In this document: positions 1-9,120 of the stretch, one piece after another
How the letters are laid out: each line of letters opens with the position of its first letter
How positions within the stretch are numbered: position 1 is the stretch's first letter
Origin: Verrucomicrobiales bacterium
GTDB taxonomy: Bacteria > Verrucomicrobiota > Verrucomicrobiia > Limisphaerales > UBA1100
DNA length: 64,000 nucleotides
Direction: 5' to 3'
Assembly (NCBI GenBank): GCA_038139415.1
Contig: JAYOSV010000001.1
Span: 126,536 to 190,535 of the forward strand
Translations under genes and position numbers: made by a program
The notes under the pieces: generated by a model
What the model was told of the DNA's origin: nothing
Seen by the model: the letters and a program-made list of their open reading frames with translations, nothing else
The model's database searches: none

Positions 1-1
1 G

Positions 2-1432
2 GTCATTTGTCTGCTGGTGGGAATGATCCTCTGGTGGACACCGGTTCCTAAATTACCCGAAGGATTGGAGATTCCAGATGGGGCAAACTTTACCGCCGGC
101 TGGCAGGTGTTTGCGGTTTTTGCCGCCACGATCCTAAGCTTTATCCTGCGGCCCATCAATATGGGGCCGGCGGTGTTGTTGGCCCTGATAATTTTGGCCG
201 CCACCAGTACCTTAGGAGAAGACGGTAAGGCATCCTTTCAGGCGGCCATGGCGGGTTATGGCAACACCACGGTTTGGCTGGTGGTGGGAGCATTCCTGAT
301 TGCCGGAGCCATGATCCGAAGTGGGCTTGGACATCGAATCGCTCTCAACTGCGTATCCAAGTTTGGTAAAACAACTTTGGGATTAGGATATGCTACGGCG
401 GTCGCCGAGTTCATCTTGGGTCCAGCCATTCCCTCCAACACAGCGCGAGGTGGTGGGGTTATGGCGCCGATTGTCAATTCGTTGGCAAGAGCACTGGGGT
501 CCACGCCGGAGAACTACCCCAAGCGTGCCGGCGAATATCTCATGCTCAATGGCTCGCACTTGAACCTTGTAACGGCCGCAATGTTCCTGACTGGAATGGC
601 CGCCAATGGCTTGGTCGCCGAAGCGGCGAGTAATTCTGGCCAAGGCATTGAGTTCGGATGGGTGACTTGGGTGAAAGGCAGCATCGTTCCGGGATTGGTG
701 AGTTTGCTTTTGTTGCCGTGGTTTCTTTTGAAGCTTTTAAAACCGGAACTCCACGACACGAAGGCCGCCCAGGATGAGGCCAATGAACAGCTTGCTAAAC
801 GGGGCAAGTGGTCCATGGGCGAAAAAATAATGTTGGGTGTATTCATCCTGATGCTTGCCCTTTGGGCTACCGGCAAAATGCACGGCATGCACACGGGTGT
901 GGTAGCTTTGATCGGGGTGATGATTCTGGTGTTAACCGGAACTGAAAAGTGGGAGGACATCACCGGTAACAAGGAAGCCTGGGATGCAATGGTTTGGCTG
1001 GGCGGTATGGTTTGCATGGCCGGACTGCTCAAGGACCACGGGTTTATCGCATGGTTTGCCGAAACCATGAAAGAGGAGGTCACCGGAATGGGTGCCTTGG
1101 CTACGGCGCTCACCTTGGCGCTCATTTATTTTTATTCGATGTACGGCTTCTCGATGTTGACCGGCCACATTACAGCCATGGTTGCGGCGTTTTTGGCCTT
1201 GGCCGTCACGGCCGGGGCTCCCGCGATGTTGATGGTTGCCTTGCTGGCTTATTTTTCAAACCTCTGCGGTTGCCTAACCAACTATTCTTCCGGGCCGGTT
1301 GTGATCTATTCAGGCTTCGGATATGTGCCGATGGGCCGATGGTTCAAAATCGGGTTCATCGTTTCCATCTTTCACTTGGCCGTGTGGTTGGGCGTAGGGT
1401 TACCTTACTGGAAATTCCTTGGTTGGTGGTAG
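2..1432 (+). CDS. DASS/SLC13 family anion permease (2-oxoglutarate/malate or citrate antiporter-like); probably 5'-truncated by the window
   Basis: Multi-TM ORF with PSNTARGGG, AMFLTGMAAN and LTNYSSGP motifs typical of the DASS/CitT family; frame is open back to position 2. Confidence 0.88.
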   Translation, partial: VICLLVGMILWWTPVPKLPEGLEIPDGANFTAGWQVFAVFAATILSFILRPINMGPAVLLALIILAATSTLGEDGKASFQAAMAGYGNTTVWLVVGAFLIAGAMIRSGLGHRIALNCVSKFGKTTLGLGYATAVAEFILGPAIPSNTARGGGVMAPIVNSLARALGSTPENYPKRAGEYLMLNGSHLNLVTAAMFLTGMAANGLVAEAASNSGQGIEFGWVTWVKGSIVPGLVSLLLLPWFLLKLLKPELHDTKAAQDEANEQLAKRGKWSMGEKIMLGVFILMLALWATGKMHGMHTGVVALIGVMILVLTGTEKWEDITGNKEAWDAMVWLGGMVCMAGLLKDHGFIAWFAETMKEEVTGMGALATALTLALIYFYSMYGFSMLTGHITAMVAAFLALAVTAGAPAMLMVALLAYFSNLCGCLTNYSSGPVVIYSGFGYVPMGRWFKIGFIVSIFHLAVWLGVGLPYWKFLGWW

Positions 1433-1536
1433 GCTGCAAGGAGGCAGGAAACATTAATCATCAGCGCCGCTTTGTCTGCACTGAATGACTTTCCAAACGA
1501 TTAGCGTCAAGATGACGGCGATGGGGTAGCGCGAAT

Positions 1537-2817
1537 TTATTTCGCTGTGATGACTGTGTAGTTACGCTTGCCCTTGCGCAGGAGGAGATGTTTACCGAAG
1601 AGCAATTGCCCGGCGGTGACGCGGGTTTGCGCGTCGGACTGACGCTCGTTATTGAGGTTGATGCCGCCGCCCTGTAGGTCCTTGCGGGCCTGGCCGTTGG
1701 ATTGGCAGAGGCCACTGGTGACAAACAATTCCAGAATCGGCAGGCCGTCGCCCTCTATTTGGGTGCGCTCGATTTCCACCGTGGGCACTTCGCCGACGAT
1801 TTCGTTAAACGTGCTTTCGCCAATCCCATCCAAGCCGCCGCCAAACAGAATCCGGCTGGCCTGCTGCGCTTCCTGCGTGGCGGCCTCGCCGTGAATGAGA
1901 TCGGTCATGGCCACGGCTAACGCCGTGTGCGCCTCACGGCCGCTGGGGTTTTCCGTGTGGCTGGCTTCCAGTTCGGTGATGCGTTCCTGCGGCAGAAACG
2001 TGAAGTACTTGAGGTAACGCACCACATCGCGGTCGTCGGTGCGAATCCAGAACTGGTAAAACTTGTAGACGCTCGTGCGGGCCGGATCGAGCCACACTGC
2101 GCCCGTCTCGGTCTTGCCGAATTTCGTGCCGTCGGCATTGGTGATGAGCGGCAGGGTGAGGCCGTACACGGTGGTGTTGAGCTTGCGTCGACTCAGCTCG
2201 ATACCGGCGGTGATGTTGCCCCATTGATCGCTGCCGCCGATCTGCAGCTCGCAATCGTGCGTTTCCTTCAGATGATAAAAATCGAAGGCCTGCAGGAGCA
2301 TGTAGGAAAACTCGGTGTAGCTGATGCCCACCTCGCGATCCTGCATGCGGGCGCGTACGCTTTCCTTGGCCACCATGCTGTTGACGGTGAAGTGCTTGCC
2401 AACGTCGCGCAGGAAATCGAGATAGGAAACACCTGCCGTCCAGTCGGCGTTATCCAGCAACTGAGCGGGGTTAGCGGTGGTTTCAAAATCCAGCAGCTTG
2501 GCCAGCTGCTCCTTCACCGCCGCAATGTTTTGCTGGAGCGTTTCGCGTGTGAGCAAATTGCGCTCGGCCGATTTGCCGCTGGGATCGCCAATGGCCCCGG
2601 TGGCACCGCCGGCCAGTGCAATCGGTATATGACCGTCATTCTGAAAACGCCGTAAGGCAATGAGCGGCACGAGGTTGCCCACATGCAGGCTGTCTGCGGT
2701 GGGATCGAACCCGCAATACAACGCCGTCGGCCCTTCACCCAGTCGCTTGGTCAGCGCCTCGGTATCGGTGCAGTCGTTGATTAACCCGCGCCAGGCCAGT
2801 TCGTCCAGAATGCTCAT
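1537..2817 (-). CDS. tyrS: Tyrosine--tRNA ligase
   Basis: YCGFDPTADSLHVGN (HIGH-like), QIGGSDQWGNI, KFGKT, C-terminal S4-like domain. Confidence 0.98.
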   Translation of the reverse strand: MSILDELAWRGLINDCTDTEALTKRLGEGPTALYCGFDPTADSLHVGNLVPLIALRRFQNDGHIPIALAGGATGAIGDPSGKSAERNLLTRETLQQNIAAVKEQLAKLLDFETTANPAQLLDNADWTAGVSYLDFLRDVGKHFTVNSMVAKESVRARMQDREVGISYTEFSYMLLQAFDFYHLKETHDCELQIGGSDQWGNITAGIELSRRKLNTTVYGLTLPLITNADGTKFGKTETGAVWLDPARTSVYKFYQFWIRTDDRDVVRYLKYFTFLPQERITELEASHTENPSGREAHTALAVAMTDLIHGEAATQEAQQASRILFGGGLDGIGESTFNEIVGEVPTVEIERTQIEGDGLPILELFVTSGLCQSNGQARKDLQGGGINLNNERQSDAQTRVTAGQLLFGKHLLLRKGKRNYTVITAK

Positions 2818-2863
2818 GCGGGCGGCATTAAGGCGGAGGGATGGGGTGGGGACAAGGAAAACT

Positions 2864-3736
2864 CTACTCCGCCTTGATCAACTCGCGCAGGTGCTCCATG
2901 GAGACGGTGTTTTTGAACACCATTTGCAGGTTGTCCTTCACGCCGTTCTTTACGGAGTAATAGGTGCTCTGGGTGTTGTTCACGCTGGCGACAACGGCGC
3001 CGTATTCGTTGAAGACTGGTGCGCCGCTAGAGCCTTTGGCGAAATCGGCGGTGATGGCGATCATGCGGCGGGGCCCTTCGCGACGGGCGCTGTCGAGGTA
3101 TTTGCGAGAAATGATGCCTTCACTGAGCACATAGAAATGGCGGTCCGGATGACTGAACACGCGCACCTTGCCACCCAGCGGCGCGGCTTGCTCAGAGGTG
3201 TCCACCGGCAAAGGTGTGAAGCCTTTGCCTTTGGCACGCAAAATGGCGAGGTCCGTGGCTTTGTTGGCGGCGAGGACCTCGACAACGGGAGCCACGCGGC
3301 CATCGCCGGTCATGATCACCAGCGAATCGTTATCCTTGTTATCAATCACGTGATAGCTGGTGCAGAAGACGCCATCCTCGGTGAGCATGAACCCGCTGGC
3401 GGCGCCGCTGTGCCAGAGAGGGCAATGCTGGCATTTGTAAAGGCCGGACACAACCAGCACGCCCTTACGGTTGCGTTCGGCGATCTGGGCGGACGTAAGC
3501 TTGTCCTTGCCGGGCTGTTGCAGGGTGAGGGCGCATTGTTTGCGGTCAAGCTGCTTGAGCAGTTCGGATGCTTTCACCGTGCCTTCTTCTTCGCGCAATT
3601 GCTTGGCGTGCCGGTTGAGTTCGCTGAGCAGACGGCGGTCATCGATTAGGCCGCCGGGCAGAATGCCTCGGTTGACGCGCAGTTCGGCGGCTTGCACGGC
3701 GCCGGCGATGAGTAGCAGGGAAAGGATGGCTCGCAT
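2864..3736 (-). CDS. Secreted trypsin-like (S1) serine protease without PDZ domain
   Basis: Signal peptide; catalytic motifs TSYHVI, DLAIL, AKGSSGAPV. Confidence 0.85.
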   Translation of the reverse strand: MRAILSLLLIAGAVQAAELRVNRGILPGGLIDDRRLLSELNRHAKQLREEEGTVKASELLKQLDRKQCALTLQQPGKDKLTSAQIAERNRKGVLVVSGLYKCQHCPLWHSGAASGFMLTEDGVFCTSYHVIDNKDNDSLVIMTGDGRVAPVVEVLAANKATDLAILRAKGKGFTPLPVDTSEQAAPLGGKVRVFSHPDRHFYVLSEGIISRKYLDSARREGPRRMIAITADFAKGSSGAPVFNEYGAVVASVNNTQSTYYSVKNGVKDNLQMVFKNTVSMEHLRELIKAE

Positions 3737-3771
3737 GGGTTGATCTTCGGGCTGTGACCGGTTTGTGCAAC

Positions 3772-3795
3772 AAAAAAGGCGGCCCGAAGGCCGCC
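3772..3795 (-). terminator. Intrinsic terminator of rpsA
   Basis: Minus strand GGCGGCC-TTCG-GGCCGCC followed by T6. Confidence 0.9.
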
Positions 3796-3819
3796 GGTGA
3801 TTGGGTATGACGCGGAAGA

Positions 3820-5499
3820 TTATTCGCTCTTCTCTTCGTCTTCCTTGCTGAGGTCGAGGTTGTCGAAGGCGTGCTCGAGGGCCACGAGGTCTTCGCCGGG
3901 CTTCAGCTGGTCGAGCTGTTCCTGTTCCTTCTTGATCTGTTCCTCATCATACTCAGCGGCCTTGATGGACAGGCCGATACGACGATCGGAGCGGTCGATC
4001 TTGATCACGCGGGCTTCGACCTCTTGGTCAACATCCAGCACGTTCTTGATCTTTTCCACGCGCTCTTCGCTGACCTGAGAGATGTGCACGAGGCCGTCCA
4101 TATCGTGTTCCAGACCAATGAAGGCACCGAAGCTTGCGAGCTTGGTGACCTTGCCCTTGACGAGCTGGCCGACCTGATAGATCTCGTCGATCTTCTCCCA
4201 CGGATCTTCGGCGAGTTGCTTGATGCCGATGGAGATGCGTTGGTTCTCTTTATCGACTTCGAGCACTTGCGCTTCGATCTCGTCGCCCTTCTTGATGAGC
4301 TCGGAGGGATGGTTGATCTTGCGGGTCCAGGAGAGGTCGCTCACGTGGATCATGCCGTCGAGGCCTTCTTCCAGTTCCACAAACGCACCGTAGCTGGTGA
4401 GGTTGCGGACCTTGCCGTTGACCTTGCTGCCAACGGCGTACTTAGTCTCGGCTTCGTCCCAAGGATTGTCGTCCAGCTGGCGGATGCCGAGGCTGATCTT
4501 TTGCTCGTCCTTGTTGACTCCAAGTACCACGGCCTCGAGTTCCTGATCCTTCTCGAGGACCTCGGAGGGCTTGGTGTGTTTCTTGGTCCAGGATAACTCG
4601 GTGACGTGCACGAGGCCTTCGACCCCGGGTTCCAGCTCCACAAAGGCACCGTAGGACACGAGGTTGACCACCTTGCCCTTGATCTTGGTGCCCACGGGGT
4701 ACTTGCTCTCGATGAGCTCCCACGGGTTTTGAGTCTTTTGCTTGAGGCCGAGGGAGACGCGCTCCTTCTCTTTGTTGATGTCCAACACGACCACGTCGAG
4801 CTCTTGGCCGACGGTCACCATTTCGCTCGGGTGATTAATACGCCCCCAGCTCATGTCGGTTATGTGCAACAGGCCGTCGAGGCCGTCGAGGTCGATGAAG
4901 GCACCGAAGTCGGTGATGTTCTTCACCTTGCCCTTGATCACGGCGCCCGGGGTGAGGTTGTCCAGCATCTCGACGCGTTTTGCGGAGCGTTCCTCCTCGA
5001 TCAGTTCGCGGCGGGAAAGCACAATGTTCTGTCGCTCTGCATTCAGCTTCACGATCTTGAACTCCATTTTCTCGCCGACGAGAGCATCGAGGTTTTTCGG
5101 CTGAACAACGTCCACCTGGGAACTGGGTAAGAAGGCTTCCACCCCAATGTTCACGATCAGGCCGCCTTTCACGGCTGCTTTGATACGGCCTTCGATCACT
5201 TTGCCCTCTTCGCAGAGCGAGTTGATCTTGTCCCAGTTCTTCTTGAACTCGGCGCGCTCGTGGCTCAGGTGCACCTGACCTTCGCGGTCTTCGAGCACCT
5301 CGATGAGTACTTCAATCTGGTCGCCCACGCCGGGCTGATTGTCCTCATCAAATTCGTTTAACGCGACATGGCCTTCGCTCTTGTAGCCGATATCGACAAT
5401 TATTTCTTTGCCCCGTGTTTCAATCACGGTGCCGTTTACAATTTCGCCCTCGGAGAAAGTCGTGAGACTCTTCTCAAAGGCTTCTTCCATCGTCAGCAT
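3820..5499 (-). CDS. rpsA: 30S ribosomal protein S1
   Basis: Six S1 repeats (FGAFIDLDGLDGLLHITDMSW etc.); ATG 5499 preferred over the TTG at 5526. Confidence 0.97.
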   Translation of the reverse strand: MLTMEEAFEKSLTTFSEGEIVNGTVIETRGKEIIVDIGYKSEGHVALNEFDEDNQPGVGDQIEVLIEVLEDREGQVHLSHERAEFKKNWDKINSLCEEGKVIEGRIKAAVKGGLIVNIGVEAFLPSSQVDVVQPKNLDALVGEKMEFKIVKLNAERQNIVLSRRELIEEERSAKRVEMLDNLTPGAVIKGKVKNITDFGAFIDLDGLDGLLHITDMSWGRINHPSEMVTVGQELDVVVLDINKEKERVSLGLKQKTQNPWELIESKYPVGTKIKGKVVNLVSYGAFVELEPGVEGLVHVTELSWTKKHTKPSEVLEKDQELEAVVLGVNKDEQKISLGIRQLDDNPWDEAETKYAVGSKVNGKVRNLTSYGAFVELEEGLDGMIHVSDLSWTRKINHPSELIKKGDEIEAQVLEVDKENQRISIGIKQLAEDPWEKIDEIYQVGQLVKGKVTKLASFGAFIGLEHDMDGLVHISQVSEERVEKIKNVLDVDQEVEARVIKIDRSDRRIGLSIKAAEYDEEQIKKEQEQLDQLKPGEDLVALEHAFDNLDLSKEDEEKSE

Positions 5500-5700
5500 T
5501 GCTGTTTTGTCCTTTGGGAAAAACAAGGAGCGCAGAATGGCTCTTGTTCAGAAACCGCCGTTTTTCAGTCTTTTTTAGCCTTAAAACTGGCGGGTTTATG
5601 GTTAATAACCTGTTAACATTGTGTTAACGCCCTCGACGAATCACCGCACTCACGGGACTCAGGCGAGCCGGGAAACTACGTGGAACCCGAGTGAATGCAA
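5500..5700 (-). promoter_or_regulatory. rpsA promoter and long structured 5' leader
   Basis: Minus strand TTGCAT-N16-TAGTTT, then about 170 nt with several inverted repeats. Confidence 0.55.
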
Positions 5701-5714
5701 GGCTTTTCGGCAAA

Positions 5715-7577
5715 TTAAACCGTCCGTCCGAATTTCTTTTCCAGCTCCGGATAGCTCATCTCGATGAGGGTCGGGCGGCCGTGCGGGCAGGTGTAGGGCA
5801 TGGTGCAGTGGCGGAGGCTCTCGAGGAGGGCCTCCAATTCCGGCTCGGCCAGTGCATCGTTGGCCTTGATCGCGTGGCGGCAGACGGTTTTGGTGACCAT
5901 GTCTTCGCCGAGGCGCATGGCGTTGACGCCGGTACCTGCGGATTTGAGTTCATCGATCAACGACAACACGAATCCTTTTGAATCTTTCGCTTTCACAAAG
6001 GGCGGCAGTGCATCGAGCAGAAACGTCCGCTCGCCAAAAGCGCTGAGGCCCACGCCGAGCCGGCTGAGGGTTTCCACTTGCTCACCCAAAAACGCCGCGT
6101 CCGGTGCAGCCAATTCCACGGTTTCCGGCAAAAGTAGTTTTTGTGAAGCCGTTTCTTCGCGTTCCATTTGTTCCAGCAACTGTTCGTACAACACCCGTTC
6201 ATGCGCCGCGTGTTGATCCATGAGAACCAATCCGCGGTCGGATTCCAGAACCACGTAAAGTTTGCCGACCACACCGACGATCTTCAGTGGCACATTGAGC
6301 AGCGGCGGGCTGGAGGGAGTGGGGGAAGGTTCCGGGTTGATGGTTGATGGTTGAGGGACGAGTGGCGGAGCATCCTCTTTGTGAGTCGGCGCGGGCGGAT
6401 TGGCGAAGCCCATGTCCAATGGCTTTTGTTCGGGTGCAGTGACCGGCACATCCTCTGCCTCCAGTCCGAAGCTCCTCGTCTCCACCATCTCAGGTCTCAA
6501 GTCTTCCGGCTCGATACGATCAACTCTCGCCTTTGTATGAAACTCATGCAGGCCTTCGCGCACGGCTTCGGCCACGTATCGGCGCACTTCGCGTTCGCGG
6601 TGGAACTTCACCTCGCGTTTGGCCGGATGAATATTCACATCCACTTCTCCAGGGCCAATCTCGAGGAAGAGACAGCACACGGGATATTTCCCTTTCATCA
6701 ACGCCGTGTGATAGCCTTCGCGCAGGGCCATGCTTAGGCCGACGTTGTCGACGGGCCGTTGATTGACAAATACATGTTGATGCTCGCGATTGCTCCGGCT
6801 CACGCCCGGCGCGCCAATAAAGCCCCAGATCCGAATCGCCGAGGCCGGTGTGTCCTCCTCATCAAATGGGCGCTTGGGCAATTCGCCATCCGTATCAATC
6901 CCCACCAGCTTCAGACCTTCGCCCCAGAGTGCATTCAGTCGGCGTTGCAGAGCCTCGGCGCCCGTGCCGGTTTCGGCCGGCAACCGCCACACCTCGCGGT
7001 CGTTATGGCGAAAGATGAAGGCCACACTCGGATGTCCCAAGGCCATGAGCGTGAGCACCTGTTGCACATGAGAGCGTTCGGTCTCCTCAGTTCGGAGAAA
7101 TTTACGGCGAGCGGGGAGGTTGTAAAAAAGCGAGCGGACCTCCACTTCTGTCCCAACTGCCGCGCCAGCTTCCTTAACGGAAATCATTTTGCCGCCGTTG
7201 ATGATGATCTGCGTGCCAGCTTCGGCTTCAGTTTCGCGGCTGGTCAGAGTAAAACGGCTCACGCTTGCAATGCTGGGTACTGCTTCGCCACGAAAACCCA
7301 TCGTTCCAATTGAGGCTAGATCCTCTGCGCGGGTAATTTTACTGGTGGCATGGCGTTCGAGGCTCATGAGGGCATCATCACGGCTCATGCCGTGGCCATC
7401 ATCCGTGACGCGGATGAGACTACGCCCGCCGGCCTTAACCTCCACGGTGATCCGGCTTGCTCCGGCATCCAGTGCATTTTCCACCAACTCCTTCACCACA
7501 CTGGCCGGCCGTTCCACCACTTCACCTGCGGCGATTTGGTTGGCTACCTGTTCAGGAAGGAGTTTGATGCGGTTCAC
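5715..7577 (-). CDS. mutL: DNA mismatch repair protein MutL
   Basis: NQIAAGEVVERPASVVKELVEN, GFRGEA, DQHAAHER endonuclease motif, CPHGRP; GTG 7577 lies 7 nt after a TCGACA-N17-GATGAT promoter. Confidence 0.97.
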   Translation of the reverse strand: MNRIKLLPEQVANQIAAGEVVERPASVVKELVENALDAGASRITVEVKAGGRSLIRVTDDGHGMSRDDALMSLERHATSKITRAEDLASIGTMGFRGEAVPSIASVSRFTLTSRETEAEAGTQIIINGGKMISVKEAGAAVGTEVEVRSLFYNLPARRKFLRTEETERSHVQQVLTLMALGHPSVAFIFRHNDREVWRLPAETGTGAEALQRRLNALWGEGLKLVGIDTDGELPKRPFDEEDTPASAIRIWGFIGAPGVSRSNREHQHVFVNQRPVDNVGLSMALREGYHTALMKGKYPVCCLFLEIGPGEVDVNIHPAKREVKFHREREVRRYVAEAVREGLHEFHTKARVDRIEPEDLRPEMVETRSFGLEAEDVPVTAPEQKPLDMGFANPPAPTHKEDAPPLVPQPSTINPEPSPTPSSPPLLNVPLKIVGVVGKLYVVLESDRGLVLMDQHAAHERVLYEQLLEQMEREETASQKLLLPETVELAAPDAAFLGEQVETLSRLGVGLSAFGERTFLLDALPPFVKAKDSKGFVLSLIDELKSAGTGVNAMRLGEDMVTKTVCRHAIKANDALAEPELEALLESLRHCTMPYTCPHGRPTLIEMSYPELEKKFGRTV

Positions 7578-7643
7578 GGGCCCCATCATCCGAAGGCACT
7601 TTGGTGGTGTCGACGTGAACTTGTGGACAACCCATTCCAACGC

Positions 7644-7672
7644 TTGACCGTCTGAATCGATATTGATAAGTT
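7644..7672 (+). promoter_or_regulatory. sigma70-type promoter of tRNA-His
   Basis: TTGACC-N17-TAAGTT, 14 nt upstream of the tRNA. Confidence 0.7.
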
Positions 7673-7686
7673 CGCCCTCTTCCAAC

Positions 7687-7763
7687 GGTGGTCGTAGCTC
7701 AGTTGGTAGAGCCCCAGATTGTGATTCTGGTTGTCGCCGGTTCGAGCCCGGTCGATCACCCCA
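7687..7763 (+). tRNA. tRNA-His (GTG)
   Basis: Cloverleaf with acceptor stem GTGGTCG/CGATCAC, encoded G-1:C73 pair, anticodon GTG at 7721-7723, T-loop TTCGAGC, encoded CCA. Confidence 0.98.
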
Positions 7764-7919
7764 TTTTTTTTCAGGCTGAAACAGCCGTCAGACATTTCTT
7801 GCCTAACCTACAGTGCAAAAAGTGCAAATTAATTGCACCCAGGAATGTCTCTCTTAGGGTTGCTATAACTCAGTTACGCTTAAGATCCAGTATGCCGCAT
7901 TGGCGAGCCTCCAAAAGGG

Positions 7920-7959
7920 CTGGACGGTTGAGGGCGGTGGCGTAGGCTGATGGGCATGA
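7920..7959 (+). repeat. 40-bp direct repeat copy 1 (promoter plus start codon block)
   Basis: CTGGACGGTTGAGGGCGGTGGCGTAGGCTGATGGGCATGA, identical to 8347-8386. Confidence 0.97.
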
Positions 7960-8300
7960 GGGATTACAAGAAGGCCGTAGGCTCTGATAAGTTAGCGACG
8001 CCGGTAAAATCAGAAATTGAGCCTCCCTCCTCTCTTGAAAGATTTTTAACAGGCATATTCATTGGCTTGCCAGCTGGCTGTATTGGCATAGCTTGTAGTG
8101 GCTTTGGCTACGAAATATTATTTTACGACAAGAGTTATTGGGGGTTGCTGGTATTGGTAAGTGGATTGGTTCTGATTTTTATTTCTTGGCAGATTTTGGC
8201 AGGCAAAACTAAGGGTTACACAAAAGAACAAAAAAGAGGGATGAACTCTGTTTCCCCCGATGTAGACATTGTCAGCGGAGCCTTTGATGATAATGACTAA
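7956..8300 (+). CDS. Hypothetical two-TM membrane protein
   Basis: Lower-GC ORF with two hydrophobic segments; starts inside the 40-bp repeat (alternative ATG 7950). Confidence 0.7.
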   Translation: MRDYKKAVGSDKLATPVKSEIEPPSSLERFLTGIFIGLPAGCIGIACSGFGYEILFYDKSYWGLLVLVSGLVLIFISWQILAGKTKGYTKEQKRGMNSVSPDVDIVSGAFDDND

Positions 8301-8333
8301 TCCTCCCCGCAATACTCCTTAAGCGCGTTGGCG
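8301..8333 (+). repeat. 33-bp downstream repeat copy 1
   Basis: 27/33 identical to 9032-9064. Confidence 0.85.
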
Positions 8334-8346
8334 GTCCTCTAAAAAT

Positions 8347-8386
8347 CTGGACGGTTGAGGGCGGTGGCGTAGGCTGATGGGCATGA
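8347..8386 (+). repeat. 40-bp direct repeat copy 2
   Basis: Identical to 7920-7959. Confidence 0.97.
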
Positions 8387-9021
8387 AGCAGATTCTCGTG
8401 GTGATGGCGTCGGTGGTTTTGGTGGGGTGTGGGGAATTCACGCCCTCAACGCCCAAGGGTAAGCCTGAAGTTCCTGAAACTACTCAAGCCGCAGAAGCCG
8501 TAGCAGAAAAAGACGAAGCCAGGGTAGCGGAATGGGTCTCTGACCCAAACGATCCCAACAACGTTACGATTGAGGTGGCGATTCGTAAATCACTCAAGTA
8601 CATTGGTGAATCTCCTACAGGCGAACTCACTCAAGCGGATTTGAAGAAGGTGACTGAGCTGGAACTCGATCGCAAACAACTGACCTCTGTGAAGGGGCTG
8701 GAGAAGCTCACGCAATTAGAGTCTCTTCATCTTTCCCACAATAAGCTAACCGATGTGAAGGGATTGGAGAATCTCACGCAGTTAAAGGAGCTGCCTCTCG
8801 ATGACAATCAACTGACCTCTGTGAAGGGTCTTGAGAATCTAACGCAGCTGGAGGGACTGTGGCTCCCCCGTAACCAACTGACAAATGTAAAAGGTTTGAA
8901 GAAACTCACGCGGTTAACGGAGCTGGATCTCATCGACAACCCCGCCCTCACCAGGGCGCAGATTGATGAACTGAAAAAGGCATTGCCCAAGTGCGACATT
9001 CGCAGCAACCCCACGAAGTAA
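8383..9021 (+). CDS. Leucine-rich-repeat (internalin-like) lipoprotein
   Basis: Lipobox VLVGC; 22-aa repeats LxxLxLxxNxLTxVKGLExLTQ. Confidence 0.9.
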   Translation: MKQILVVMASVVLVGCGEFTPSTPKGKPEVPETTQAAEAVAEKDEARVAEWVSDPNDPNNVTIEVAIRKSLKYIGESPTGELTQADLKKVTELELDRKQLTSVKGLEKLTQLESLHLSHNKLTDVKGLENLTQLKELPLDDNQLTSVKGLENLTQLEGLWLPRNQLTNVKGLKKLTRLTELDLIDNPALTRAQIDELKKALPKCDIRSNPTK

Positions 9022-9031
9022 CCGCCCGCAT

Positions 9032-9064
9032 TCCTCTCCGTGAAACTCCTTGAGCGCGTTAGCG
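9032..9064 (+). repeat. 33-bp downstream repeat copy 2
   Basis: 27/33 identical to 8301-8333. Confidence 0.85.
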
Positions 9065-9120
9065 AACGGACGATCTTACAGAAGTTCGCGTAGCTTTTAA
9101 GGGAATCTGGATTGGTTTCT

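Noticed and set aside
2660..3649. Long opposite-strand or alternate-frame ORFs (e.g. 2660-3649, 33208-34146, 50666-51232, 50962-51909, 59611-60612)
   Set aside because: Shadow ORFs of well-supported genes in GC-rich, codon-biased DNA; no recognisable motifs
7578..7685. N-terminal extensions in the ORF track (mutL, aldolase 14889, OYE 19662, peroxiredoxin 22164, mdh 30095, argJ 38527, argC 58188)
   Set aside because: They overlap promoters or neighbouring genes; downstream starts fit family N-termini and promoter spacing better
7920..8386. CRISPR array suggested by the 40-bp identical repeats
   Set aside because: Only two copies 427 bp apart with a whole gene between them; no cas genes
8670..8900. 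66-bp periodic DNA repeats as a DGR or VNTR
   Set aside because: Explained by the 22-aa LRR units; no reverse transcriptase or adenine-specific variation pattern
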